Assembly: GCF_009931435.1 (NCBI RefSeq)
Contig: NZ_CP043414.1
DNA: 64,000 bases
Direction: 5' to 3' (one strand)
Source: Escherichia coli
GTDB lineage: Bacteria; Pseudomonadota; Gammaproteobacteria; Enterobacterales; Enterobacteriaceae
Positions 11,594-21,210 of the stretch are shown here, one piece after another (the first letter of the stretch is position 1; every line of letters begins with the position of its first letter). The notes under the pieces are model-generated. The model worked only from the letters and a program-made list of their open reading frames with translations, was not told where the DNA came from and ran no database searches. The position numbers and the translations under genes were made by a program.

Positions 11594-12244
11594 ATGAATA
11601 TCCGTCAATCATTACATGACCGAATCTATGCAGAATACCCTCAACAGGCTAAAGATATATTACTGTATTTCCCCACTTATGAAATTATGCCATCGACCAT
11701 AAAAATGGTTATGATTAATGAGGTGGTAGCTATAACACCGCAAGAAGATTTTTATACACCAGAGTCTGGTTATTTTACGACTGTCGCCCGACAGTTAGCG
11801 CTGGCTGGATTATCGGCAAGTAGTGGCGAAGTCTTACTCAACCATGGTATCTACCTGACCTCCGCACTGAAACTACCTAAAACACAGATCACAGCCACAC
11901 CCGCGGAGATCATTCTCTGGTCACCTATTGTAGAATGGGAGCTCGAACTCTTTGCCAATATAAAAGTTATTTTCGTTGGCGGCGATATCGCGCGAAAATG
12001 CCTTAACATCATCGCGAAAAAGCAAACACGTAAACATGCCATCCCTTCAACTCCGACGTACAAACTGATGAATAGCGAATTAGTCTGGAAAGGAATAAGC
12101 ATACTTCCTGGATATATTCTTACCGGAAAAAACCTGCTCATTGAAAAGTCAAAAATCGAAATGAATGTCGAGCAATTAAGAAAAGGAATTGCGATTTATC
12201 GCAATAGTAACAGTAACCATACGAATAATTCAGTTCATGAATAA
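11594..12244 (+). CDS. Hypothetical protein, low GC; possible uracil-DNA-glycosylase-superfamily fold
   Basis: 216-aa ORF in AT-rich DNA. Four short motifs occur in the order typical of UDG-like folds (VMINEVVAITPQED; GIYLTSALKLP; KVIFVGGDIARK; IPSTPTY). The match is weak and based on pattern only. Confidence 0.4.
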   Translation: MNIRQSLHDRIYAEYPQQAKDILLYFPTYEIMPSTIKMVMINEVVAITPQEDFYTPESGYFTTVARQLALAGLSASSGEVLLNHGIYLTSALKLPKTQITATPAEIILWSPIVEWELELFANIKVIFVGGDIARKCLNIIAKKQTRKHAIPSTPTYKLMNSELVWKGISILPGYILTGKNLLIEKSKIEMNVEQLRKGIAIYRNSNSNHTNNSVHE

Positions 12245-12715
12245 GAGATGAATCATTAATAACAAGAAATCACTGACAAACCACCTGTAAAAGGTCAATC
12301 ATTTTAGTTCAATTTCCTTTGTCATGATTATATTTTTATCGTCCTGACGATACTATTAACAATTACAATATTTATACCCTCCCCTGAACAAACAGAAAAG
12401 AACTCATACATTCGTTTATAATTCTGGTAATCCTGGCATCATACGTTTAAAATTTAAGGTGTTTGTTTTATAATCATGGTTCCAAAGACTATTGGTCACC
12501 AGAAAATGCCAGCCTTTTCGTGCCAGCTATATTTGTCCAGTGTGTTACCCCATCCAAAAATCATCCACATCCTGATGTTATGTTAGATATAGAGAAAACA
12601 GGTTGTACTGTGCAATATGCTAACCGCATAAGCGAATATAATTTCTAAGCTGATATTGTCTGGCTGTTGGGAGCTAAACAATATAAATATCGCCAGTTGC
12701 CAGAACGGTTATATA

Positions 12716-12741
12716 GACCAGGAGCGTTTCGGCTCCTGGTC
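12716..12741. terminator. 10-bp-stem hairpin between convergent genes (putative bidirectional terminator)
   Basis: GACCAGGAGC-gtttcg-GCTCCTGGTC perfect inverted repeat located 17 bp beyond the stop of the UvrD-like gene and between convergent ORFs; flanking T-runs are short. Confidence 0.4.
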
Positions 12742-12757
12742 TGTTTCGGACATATTA

Positions 12758-14872
12758 TTAATCAGCCACTAATAGCGGACTAGGGATACCAGATGATGAA
12801 ACAAACAGCCCTTTTACGGCACGGGTTGCAGCCACATGCAGTAACGCGCGCTCATTAAATAATGCATCACGCTGTTCAACGGGATCATCGGATGCTAATG
12901 CTTTTATTTCCGGCACAACGCCTTCGTTAATCCCCACCAGGAACACATACTGGAACTCAAGCCCTTTAATACGGTGCATCGTTGCAACTCGCACGCCTGG
13001 GCGTGCATCGCTGTCACCGCTATCATTGCCTAAATTAAATGTCTCAATTCCGGCGTCATTGAGTGCTGATGCGTAGCGGTCACAAGCATGTTTAGTACGC
13101 GCAGTAATGCAGATATCCTGAGAACGAACCTGATTCGCCAGCAATGCCTGAATTTGCTTGACGAGTGTTGCAGCCTCTTCTTTGAAATCTGCCGCATGCG
13201 TAATCATGGGCTTTTCCCCGTGCAGTAATGACAAATAATCATTACTGGTATCCGCTTCGCCATCGAGGTTATCAACCTTCACACCAGTTAACAGCCCAAC
13301 AGCAAATTGACGCGTCTCTTCTGTGGTCCGATAGTTAATCTTCAATTTTTTACTGCGACGACCACGGACGTTAATACCACACTGACCAAGAACGACCTTA
13401 TTGCGATAAATACGCTGATGCCCATCCCCGACAATAAACAGATCGTTGGGCGACTCGGGAACCAGGCTGCGAATAAGAGTAAATGCCGGGGCACCGATAT
13501 CTTGAGCTTCATCGACGACAATACTGCTATAAGGTAGTTGGACCTGCTTTTCTTTAAACAGAACAATAGCCTCATGCATGGCATCGCCCATTTCGCGCAG
13601 TTTGGCACGCGCCATTTGTGCTCTGAATTCTTCGAAAACTGGCCAGATTTTCGCCCGTTGAATACGGGATAACGCTGTACCACGTCCAACCCGGCTGACT
13701 TTGAGGTATTCCTCCCGGGTGTAAACCGCATTTGGCTGGACAACGCGTTGCCACTCTTCAGCATAGAAATTGTCAGGTAGCCCCAGTTCGGCAGGTGCCT
13801 GCTGCAAGGCATAGTTCCAGCATTTACGTCGCCCTTCATCGCTGTCGTATACCACGCGGAAATCATAACCGTGGCGTTTTAGTTGGTCGCTCATCCAGGC
13901 ATCAATGTTAACGACGTCAATACGCGCCATCTCTTCTCGCGTACACAACCGCTGGAGATTAGCGCGAATATCTGCCGCCAGGTTACGCGTAAAGGTCGTG
14001 AAAAGTACCTTCTTACCGGGTTTATCTACCAGACGCTGAGATAACCACCGCGCACGGTGCATTGCAACAACCGTTTTCCCTGTACCTGCACCGCCCAGTA
14101 CTCGTACCGGACCATTAGCGGGCGACTCCACCAGTTTTCGCTGGCTCGGGTGCAGAAATACACGCCATTTTTCTAAAGGCGCATTAAGCATCTGCAATAG
14201 TTCCTGTTCATTTTCAACGACATGGAAGCGACGTTTACTTCGTTCAATCGCCTCCATAAAGTCGTTGGTATCAACAGGCTCATCACGATGATCGTTAAAC
14301 TCTTCCAGCACTTCCTGGTAATCCAGCCCTTCTGCCAGCCAGTGCAGAGGTTCCCAGGCTTCTGCTGGCATTATGCTTTCAAGTTGATTAAGCCCGGCTT
14401 CATCGGTAAGCGCCATCACCTGATCAATAAAGACAGGCGGCACACCCAGGGCCAGAATCTGTTCCGCGCTGTAAGCTGCGAAGAGTTTCGGTTTATCAAC
14501 CACCGTTTCCGCTGCCGGTTTGATATAGCTAATATCAATGACCTGAATCGCGCCAGTAACCGGGTGAATCGAACAATCATGCCGCCGCGCCCAGTCATAT
14601 GCTTCGTCGTGTTTATCCACCCACATCAGCATATACAGAGCACCCTGTTCAGGTTTCAGAACAATGCCGCGATAAGTTTGATCGATTCGCACCGAATGGA
14701 CATTTTTACTGCGCGCATCGTGGATCTTTTCATAGTTAAGTCCATTACTGGTCGGGTCCTGACGGAATTTGGAGATGAATTCCTGCACCTTTTTTTGCTG
14801 TGCTTTTGGGATCCGCGCGAATGCGCCCAGAAAACCATCAGAAAGTGCCACCTTGGGCGTTTGCACCGTCAT
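12758..14872 (-). CDS. UvrD/Rep-like superfamily-1 helicase with an extra N-terminal domain of about 200 aa (last gene of the DISARM-like operon)
   Basis: SF1 helicase motifs in order: Walker A GGAGTGKTVVAMHRA, VVDEAQDIG (motif II), FIVGDGHQRIY (motif III), KINYRTTEE (motif IV), ATMHRIKGLEFQYVFLV (motifs V/VI). The N-terminal region (...NVHSVRIDQTYRGIVL...) is not helicase-like. Its start overlaps the stop of the upstream giant gene by 4 bp (ATGA-type coupling). Confidence 0.7.
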   Translation of the reverse strand: MTVQTPKVALSDGFLGAFARIPKAQQKKVQEFISKFRQDPTSNGLNYEKIHDARSKNVHSVRIDQTYRGIVLKPEQGALYMLMWVDKHDEAYDWARRHDCSIHPVTGAIQVIDISYIKPAAETVVDKPKLFAAYSAEQILALGVPPVFIDQVMALTDEAGLNQLESIMPAEAWEPLHWLAEGLDYQEVLEEFNDHRDEPVDTNDFMEAIERSKRRFHVVENEQELLQMLNAPLEKWRVFLHPSQRKLVESPANGPVRVLGGAGTGKTVVAMHRARWLSQRLVDKPGKKVLFTTFTRNLAADIRANLQRLCTREEMARIDVVNIDAWMSDQLKRHGYDFRVVYDSDEGRRKCWNYALQQAPAELGLPDNFYAEEWQRVVQPNAVYTREEYLKVSRVGRGTALSRIQRAKIWPVFEEFRAQMARAKLREMGDAMHEAIVLFKEKQVQLPYSSIVVDEAQDIGAPAFTLIRSLVPESPNDLFIVGDGHQRIYRNKVVLGQCGINVRGRRSKKLKINYRTTEETRQFAVGLLTGVKVDNLDGEADTSNDYLSLLHGEKPMITHAADFKEEAATLVKQIQALLANQVRSQDICITARTKHACDRYASALNDAGIETFNLGNDSGDSDARPGVRVATMHRIKGLEFQYVFLVGINEGVVPEIKALASDDPVEQRDALFNERALLHVAATRAVKGLFVSSSGIPSPLLVAD

Positions 14873-17800
14873 TTGTCACCTCCGGACAGATGTTGCAATG
14901 TATTTTCGTCAATTGGCCCGAATGCAACGTGCCAACCCCTGGTTGTGAATAATGGAATAAATTCTTGATTATCAATAATCAATGCCCATTTTTGTGATGG
15001 CCAGGCGAGATCGGCTTCCGCAATAATTTCACCTTCATCATTTTGCAATTCGTAGCCGAGAGTCGGCGCAGAGAGAGAATGAGACTGAAGCAACGCGATC
15101 TCTTCAGCGCTTAATAAGCCAAACTCAATAATCTCAGCCCAACTTTCATCAGTCTCTGGTACTGCCTCTGGCGTTGCCGTAACTTTAACGTCAACGCTTT
15201 CCTGCGGTAAATGTACGGCTTTACGGCTGGTAAAGGTCATATCCGGCAGGAACTGTAACAGGTTTACCAGTCGCCAGAAGCCATTGAGTCCCGCTTCATA
15301 ACCGTCATCCTGCGTATAGCGATCGTCAAAACAGATATGCAAACGCAGCCAGCTGCGCATTTGTGCGACACTGGTCGTCGGTTTAATGGCTTGTTGTGGC
15401 AACACCGAAGCCAGCTCAATAAATTGCTGCGATGAGTTACAGCTATCGAGTAAACCACCAAAGACAAACGGTTCGTCTGGCAAAAGCTCTGCTAGCCGCC
15501 AGTCTGGCGCGTTTTCCTGCATTTCATAGGCATACTTTTGTTTCGTTCCCGCGTCCTGTGACTTCTTCACATCCAACCACACCCAGGCATGTGCAGCAGC
15601 CATTTTCTGCCATAACTGCGTTCTTCCTCCCGGCTCGGCGAGATAATCCAGCAGCAGTGCAAAACTGTTGCGTTCCCGGAACGACGCTTCAAGGGCCGCA
15701 AAGTTGGTATCGTGAAACAGGTTATAAAACTTAGGCTGTTTCATATCCGGGTTATGCCCAAGCCCCAGGACATCCTGAACATGTTTAAGCCCAGGCTCTT
15801 TGAGATCGGCCCACGTGACTGTCCACACCCAGAAATTACCGCTATCCCGAATCGCCTGGCGTTTTTGCACATCCTCTGCGACGCTATTTTTGTGAAACGC
15901 AAAGCCATCAAGGAAAATAGCTACCGGTTTAATGGCATCAGACTGCATAAGCGGATATAGCACGTAATCCGGGCGACAAGGGATCCCCACAGCCTCTTTA
16001 GCGCCTAAATCCACCTGAGCTTTAAGATGCCAGCTCATCATCGGTTCGCTGCGGGTGTTAATAATCCACCCAGCGCCCTGATGCGCGTAACTGCGACTGA
16101 CAATCAGGTTTTTATTTTCTTGCAGGCAGCTAATAAACCGTTTTTCCAGCTCACTGCCCATCATGGCTTCGAGGGAAATGTTTTTGATGGAATCAATTAC
16201 CCGTATCGAATCTCTTGCCTGCAAAATTTTCGCCAGCAAGAGACGCGCCTGATCGCGGGAGACATACTTCATGCGCCCACGGTCACGGTAAGCGTAAACG
16301 CAACGATAACAACCATCTTTATGCGTATCATGGTTGCAACTGCATTCCACTATCGCCTGATAGGCCAGTTCAAGTAATTTCAGCAAATTGTCGGGAGTGC
16401 GCATCAGCTCTTTAAGAGAACCAGTCCCCCCCGGGACGGTATCGTAAATCACCAGATACTGCCGCCAGGATTCGCCTTCATTTTCCGGCTCGCGGTACAC
16501 AACGCCTTTCAGGTGATCGACATTCCCCTTGAAGTAATGTTTAAGGCCGAGCTGGATCGCCGCCCCAAGAGAAGCCTCCACGACACGGTCATTACTGTAA
16601 CTGCTTACCGGGAGCAGAATTCGCAACGCTTCTGACTCCAGCTGGCGATAGAGATAGAGATAATCTTCGAACTTCGCCTTTTCCGGTTCCGTGCGATATT
16701 TGCAGCTCAAATCATGACGTGGTTCATGATCGCGAGGACGCTGTACCATGCCGCACCCCAGGCAAACTTTAAACCCGGTTCGCTTCTTCGCTTCTCCGGC
16801 AATCATCAACTCATTGGCATCATCCGCCATTTTGCCGAAGTTGATATCCCGCAGGGTGACTTTGCTTAAAAATTCAAAACCAAACGGAACTTCGCCTTCC
16901 TCAATCGCGTATGCCGCCGATACATCTTCTTTTTCGAAACTAACCAATAGCTGACGCTGGAAGAAAGCAGGTTCACGGCTGTCGCTCTCGTCGCTGATCT
17001 GGCTATCACGTGCGCTGGCGCGGGCATACACCTGGCGAAGTTTCAGCAGCGTGGTTTTTTGTCCGGCGTCGGCCCACCCCGGTGTGCCACATTTCGGGCA
17101 ATATTTATGCTGGTCGCCCGTCTGGTCGATATTTTCGCTGTAGTTACAGTGGCTACAGATACGCCAGTTCTCCGGCTCAGAGACCTTCAGGTCTATCTGC
17201 TCAATTTCAACTTTATGCCCACCGGCATAGAAATTATTCAGCGGAGCCAGCTCAGCCAGCGCCGTTGATGCCGGGCGTTCATATTCGAAAGTGGTGTTTT
17301 GATATTCACGCGCTTCCCCGCCTTCTTTACGCCGCCAGAGCACAGAACGTAACGTAATACCGGCTTCCGGGAAGGCGTAGTTAGGCAGCAGACCTTCATC
17401 CGTGAGGAAATTCAGCGTCTGCTTATTGTTGATTTGATTGACTAGCGCCATCAGCGCCTGCCGTTCTGAAGTTAACTCGCGCATATCGCTGTCAAAGTTT
17501 TGATCGCGCGGCGCGTTCTCCAGCTTATCGATACTGCGCTTGAGTTTATCGATGCGTGAACGCAGAGATTTGCGATCTTCCACCAGCAGTTTTAACGCCT
17601 CTTCGATACGCTGCACCAGAGAGCGTTGTCCTGGCGCGCCCTGAAGATAAGACAACAACTGTTGGCGAGTTTCTGCGGCAAGATCGGGGAAGATCGCCGT
17701 AAATTGTGCAGCAATCTCCGCATGATGCTGTTCGATATATCTCAGTAAGTTATACGGAAAACCCGATTTACGCCCGAACTCCAGCTCATCCAGCATCTGT

Positions 17801-20800
17801 TTGACGTTTTTACAGATAGCGGATTCTGGTACACCGGTTTTCACCCAGTTATCCATACAAAAAGCTGCCAGCTGGCGTTCGAGAATAGCCGTTGCATTGA
17901 GGAAGACGCCAGGAGCCTGCACCTGGCCCTGCATCATCTCCAGCGGTTCTTCAAAGAAAAACTGATCGTGCGGGTTCCCTTCTGCCACGGTAATGTTTAA
18001 CGCGTTACCATCTTTACGACCGGCGCGACCAATACGCTGCAAGTAGTTGGCCTGAGCAGGTGGGACAGAACAGAGTAAAACGGTGGAAAGATCCCCAACG
18101 TCAATACCCATCTCCAGCGTCGGTGTTGCCGACAACAGGTTGATATTCCACGGTTGGTTGCCACGGTAGAACGATTTTTCGGTGGCTTCGCGATCTTCAC
18201 GGCTAAGCAGCCCCGTGTGTTCTGCGCCCTGCACGCGCGCGATGTCCATGTTCTCCCAACGCCAGGTCGCCATATTGTCGACTTCCTGGTAACGACCTTC
18301 ACAACGTAAAGAGAGACAAGGCGCATTACGCCACTGCCAGCCTTGATCGGCCGGAGCCCGGACAACCTCACGGCAACATGAGCAATTAAGCTGAACGACG
18401 TCACGGCTCACCACCAGCGCCGAAGGCACCAGTCCCCAGGCTTCACGCCCTTTGGTGTCAAAATCTTTTACTACTCCGGCTATTTTCAACGCCGTAAACA
18501 GGCGTCGTAACACTGTTTCCGCAACGCTACTGATAAACAGATTATTGCCGTTACTCAGCGTGCGATTGATCCAATGCTGATACCAACTGGGGTTAGACTT
18601 CGCGCCAATCAGGCGATGGAAACCATTAATTTTTTCAAACGACGCATAAGCCGGTTTACGCGTTTTCGGACCGATAGAAGGCATATAGCGCGATGTACGC
18701 TCTTTTTGCGTCATCATAAAGGTCGTGCCATCACGGCGATAACTTTCGAACGCCGGATGCATAACGGCCCCGGCCTGGCGTTGATACCAGATAACCCCCA
18801 GCGCCAGGTGCGCTACCTGCTCGACGCTCACACCGGACATCTCATCACCCAGCTCTTCACAAAGCTGTTGATGCAGGGCGGTAATTGCCGGATTAAAGCG
18901 TTCTTTATCCACTCCGGCAACGGCATAACCGGTGGCTTCCAGCGTACGTCCGATACGCGCGCGCAGGGTAAATTCGCTGTACACCTCCCAGTCGAGGCGC
19001 AGGGAAACCAGCTCCGGCAGATCGGAGTTCTCCGCCAGTTTGCCTTCATTTTTCAGTGTCTGATAATCATTCAGCCACTGCATATTTGGTGCGATGAAGT
19101 TCGCTGCAAAATGAGCATCGTCCGGTGAACGTTCACGCGTTTGTTGGCAAACACGCGCCGCGAACGCATCCAGCGGTAATGTCTCTTTTTCGCCAAGAAC
19201 ACTGGCGATTTGCCCACGAATCATCAGCGGCCAGGTTCGGGCAGTAAAAAAGCTGGCACGATGCGCGGCGTCTTGTACCGAGTCAGAAAACGTAATCAGC
19301 TTTTTATGTTCGTTGAACTGGCTGCCATAAAGCTGGTGAATCATCACCGCCGACAAACTGGCAGCCCGTGACCCCAGAATCGAAATCCCCTGTTTGCTGT
19401 TGCAGTACGGGCATTCATTAGCAAACTCCAGCTCGTCCTTACGCTCTTTGAGCATATCCGGGATCAGTACCTGCAACAGTTCCGTATGACCGCAATGTCC
19501 ACACTGGACGCTGGACTGTCGGTTCAGTTTCAGACAGGTAGGGCACAGTTTCTGGTGTGCGCCACTGACCGCTTTTTCGTTGTTATCCGGGAAAGCAAGG
19601 ACGATGGAGCGCCCTTTTTCAAAGAACTGGCGATAAATGCCGTCGAGGTCTGTTTCCAGCTGAACGCTTTGCCCATGACGCAGGCTGGCCCAGCCAGTTG
19701 CGTGGCAGTCACGGCAGTGGATAACCGGCAAATAGTGTTCGCGGTCTTCCACCGCCACATCATCGGCAAACACCAGTCTCGGCGTTTTCGCCACGCTGGC
19801 GACCAGACGACGCATCTCACGAAGCCACAACTGGGAGCGCAGTTGCACAAACGGCAGCACCGGGCGCGCTTTCTTCGCCTGGAGACGTTTTTGCCGATCG
19901 TGTTCCATTTCCGGTACTTCGAGACGTGCCTGTGCGATCAGCGCCAGAATGCTTTGCAGCACGCGTCGGGCATGGTCGGCGCTTTCTGCCAGCATAACCT
20001 GGAGATTTTCCAGACACTCTCGTTCAGAGAGGATCCCGCCTTGCAGATCATGGAGTAAGACATGCATCACGCTGTGGCGGCGTAACAGTGACCCCAGCGC
20101 AATACGCTTTTCACGCCCGTCGTCGCTCTCCAGATCGTCCGGGAGTTGCAAGTCGCTGTCGGGGAACCACAAAGGGATTTGCCCGTTAAGATACGCTACC
20201 GGGGTAGCGTAACTCTGCGGGTCCAGGGCCGAAGCGACCTCCTGCCCCGGATACTGACTGTACGCAATGGCGTAATCCTGCAAGTACTCCGCTGCCGTGT
20301 AGCGATCTTCGCGAATAACGGCGTCATCGGTAAACGGCTGGTCAAAGATTGTTTTTGCGTAATCGAGCAGTTGCCCCAGTTCGTCGCCGACGGTCGCTGA
20401 TGTCCCGACACAGGCGAATCGTTGGTTATCCACACCTATGTGATGCTTCAGACGTCGCACCAGACAGGCCAGATCCGACCCTTGCGCGCCATCAAACGTA
20501 TGCAATTCATCCACGACCAGGTAGCGCAATGAACCGGGCTGGTTGTAACGCCAGAGCGGCTGATCGCCAGGGCGCATCAGCAGGTAGTCGAGCATTTTGT
20601 AGTTGGTCAACAGGATGTCCGGCGGGCTTTCGCGCAGCGTGTGCTTGCAGGTAATGACCTTTTCTGCCGACATTTTTTTGCTGGGTTCGATTTCGCTGTC
20701 GCCGACAAACAGGCCGACGGTCACCTTGCCATGCAGTTGTGGATCGCTGGCGATGGTTTTGGCGAAACGGCTGGCCTGATCGGTTGCCAGGGCGTTCATC

Positions 20801-21210
20801 GGGTAGATGATAATCGCTTTAACCCCGGCTTGTGACGCGCCCGCGCAGTGGTTGAGCAGCGGGAACATAAAACATTCTGTTTTACCGGAGCCGGTACCGG
20901 TAGCGACCAGTGTCGGCTGTGGCGCGTCGCTTCCCAGACGCTGAAATGCCCGGGCCTGATGCGCGTGCGGCGGGAACGGCAGCGTCAGATTAGGGAAAAA
21001 ATTCAGCGGTAAGTCACTTTTACGAAACGGCAACTGGGCGGAAAGGTATGGTCCTTTCAGCAGCGTTTCCGGCTGGGCCAGAAATTGCTCCAGCATTGAG
21101 ACATTATCGTTATTCTCACCGTTAAACAGCGGGCTGTTTAGCGGGAACGCCGCCCGTAAAAAGGCGGCAACGCTGTCGGCGACCTGCCGACTGACAACGG
21201 ACGGCAACAT
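14869..21210 (-). CDS. Giant 2113-aa fusion protein: N-terminal DEAH-box SF2 helicase, DUF1998-type zinc ribbon, and a C-terminal restriction-endonuclease-like (Vsr/DUF559-like) module (DrmA+DrmB-like or DruE-like)
   Basis: Helicase motifs GTGSGKTECFMFPLL (I), VVDELHTFDGAQG (II), VGTSATV (III), QRIGRAGRKDG (VI). Cys clusters CSHCNYSE...YCPKCG and ECSCNHDTHKDGCYRCVYAY are typical of DUF1998. C-terminal segment RPDYVLYP...VAIFLDGFAFH...D..KRQAIRDSGNFWVW resembles a PD-(D/E)xK Vsr-like nuclease. Start overlaps the methyltransferase stop. Confidence 0.7.
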   Translation of the reverse strand: MLPSVVSRQVADSVAAFLRAAFPLNSPLFNGENNDNVSMLEQFLAQPETLLKGPYLSAQLPFRKSDLPLNFFPNLTLPFPPHAHQARAFQRLGSDAPQPTLVATGTGSGKTECFMFPLLNHCAGASQAGVKAIIIYPMNALATDQASRFAKTIASDPQLHGKVTVGLFVGDSEIEPSKKMSAEKVITCKHTLRESPPDILLTNYKMLDYLLMRPGDQPLWRYNQPGSLRYLVVDELHTFDGAQGSDLACLVRRLKHHIGVDNQRFACVGTSATVGDELGQLLDYAKTIFDQPFTDDAVIREDRYTAAEYLQDYAIAYSQYPGQEVASALDPQSYATPVAYLNGQIPLWFPDSDLQLPDDLESDDGREKRIALGSLLRRHSVMHVLLHDLQGGILSERECLENLQVMLAESADHARRVLQSILALIAQARLEVPEMEHDRQKRLQAKKARPVLPFVQLRSQLWLREMRRLVASVAKTPRLVFADDVAVEDREHYLPVIHCRDCHATGWASLRHGQSVQLETDLDGIYRQFFEKGRSIVLAFPDNNEKAVSGAHQKLCPTCLKLNRQSSVQCGHCGHTELLQVLIPDMLKERKDELEFANECPYCNSKQGISILGSRAASLSAVMIHQLYGSQFNEHKKLITFSDSVQDAAHRASFFTARTWPLMIRGQIASVLGEKETLPLDAFAARVCQQTRERSPDDAHFAANFIAPNMQWLNDYQTLKNEGKLAENSDLPELVSLRLDWEVYSEFTLRARIGRTLEATGYAVAGVDKERFNPAITALHQQLCEELGDEMSGVSVEQVAHLALGVIWYQRQAGAVMHPAFESYRRDGTTFMMTQKERTSRYMPSIGPKTRKPAYASFEKINGFHRLIGAKSNPSWYQHWINRTLSNGNNLFISSVAETVLRRLFTALKIAGVVKDFDTKGREAWGLVPSALVVSRDVVQLNCSCCREVVRAPADQGWQWRNAPCLSLRCEGRYQEVDNMATWRWENMDIARVQGAEHTGLLSREDREATEKSFYRGNQPWNINLLSATPTLEMGIDVGDLSTVLLCSVPPAQANYLQRIGRAGRKDGNALNITVAEGNPHDQFFFEEPLEMMQGQVQAPGVFLNATAILERQLAAFCMDNWVKTGVPESAICKNVKQMLDELEFGRKSGFPYNLLRYIEQHHAEIAAQFTAIFPDLAAETRQQLLSYLQGAPGQRSLVQRIEEALKLLVEDRKSLRSRIDKLKRSIDKLENAPRDQNFDSDMRELTSERQALMALVNQINNKQTLNFLTDEGLLPNYAFPEAGITLRSVLWRRKEGGEAREYQNTTFEYERPASTALAELAPLNNFYAGGHKVEIEQIDLKVSEPENWRICSHCNYSENIDQTGDQHKYCPKCGTPGWADAGQKTTLLKLRQVYARASARDSQISDESDSREPAFFQRQLLVSFEKEDVSAAYAIEEGEVPFGFEFLSKVTLRDINFGKMADDANELMIAGEAKKRTGFKVCLGCGMVQRPRDHEPRHDLSCKYRTEPEKAKFEDYLYLYRQLESEALRILLPVSSYSNDRVVEASLGAAIQLGLKHYFKGNVDHLKGVVYREPENEGESWRQYLVIYDTVPGGTGSLKELMRTPDNLLKLLELAYQAIVECSCNHDTHKDGCYRCVYAYRDRGRMKYVSRDQARLLLAKILQARDSIRVIDSIKNISLEAMMGSELEKRFISCLQENKNLIVSRSYAHQGAGWIINTRSEPMMSWHLKAQVDLGAKEAVGIPCRPDYVLYPLMQSDAIKPVAIFLDGFAFHKNSVAEDVQKRQAIRDSGNFWVWTVTWADLKEPGLKHVQDVLGLGHNPDMKQPKFYNLFHDTNFAALEASFRERNSFALLLDYLAEPGGRTQLWQKMAAAHAWVWLDVKKSQDAGTKQKYAYEMQENAPDWRLAELLPDEPFVFGGLLDSCNSSQQFIELASVLPQQAIKPTTSVAQMRSWLRLHICFDDRYTQDDGYEAGLNGFWRLVNLLQFLPDMTFTSRKAVHLPQESVDVKVTATPEAVPETDESWAEIIEFGLLSAEEIALLQSHSLSAPTLGYELQNDEGEIIAEADLAWPSQKWALIIDNQEFIPLFTTRGWHVAFGPIDENTLQHLSGGDK

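Noticed and set aside
15432-20835. Multiple plus-strand ORFs of 64 to 190 aa (e.g. 18574..19128, 19486..20058)
   Set aside because: Antisense to the 2113-aa helicase gene, low-complexity Arg/Ala-rich translations typical of the reverse frame of GC-rich genes.
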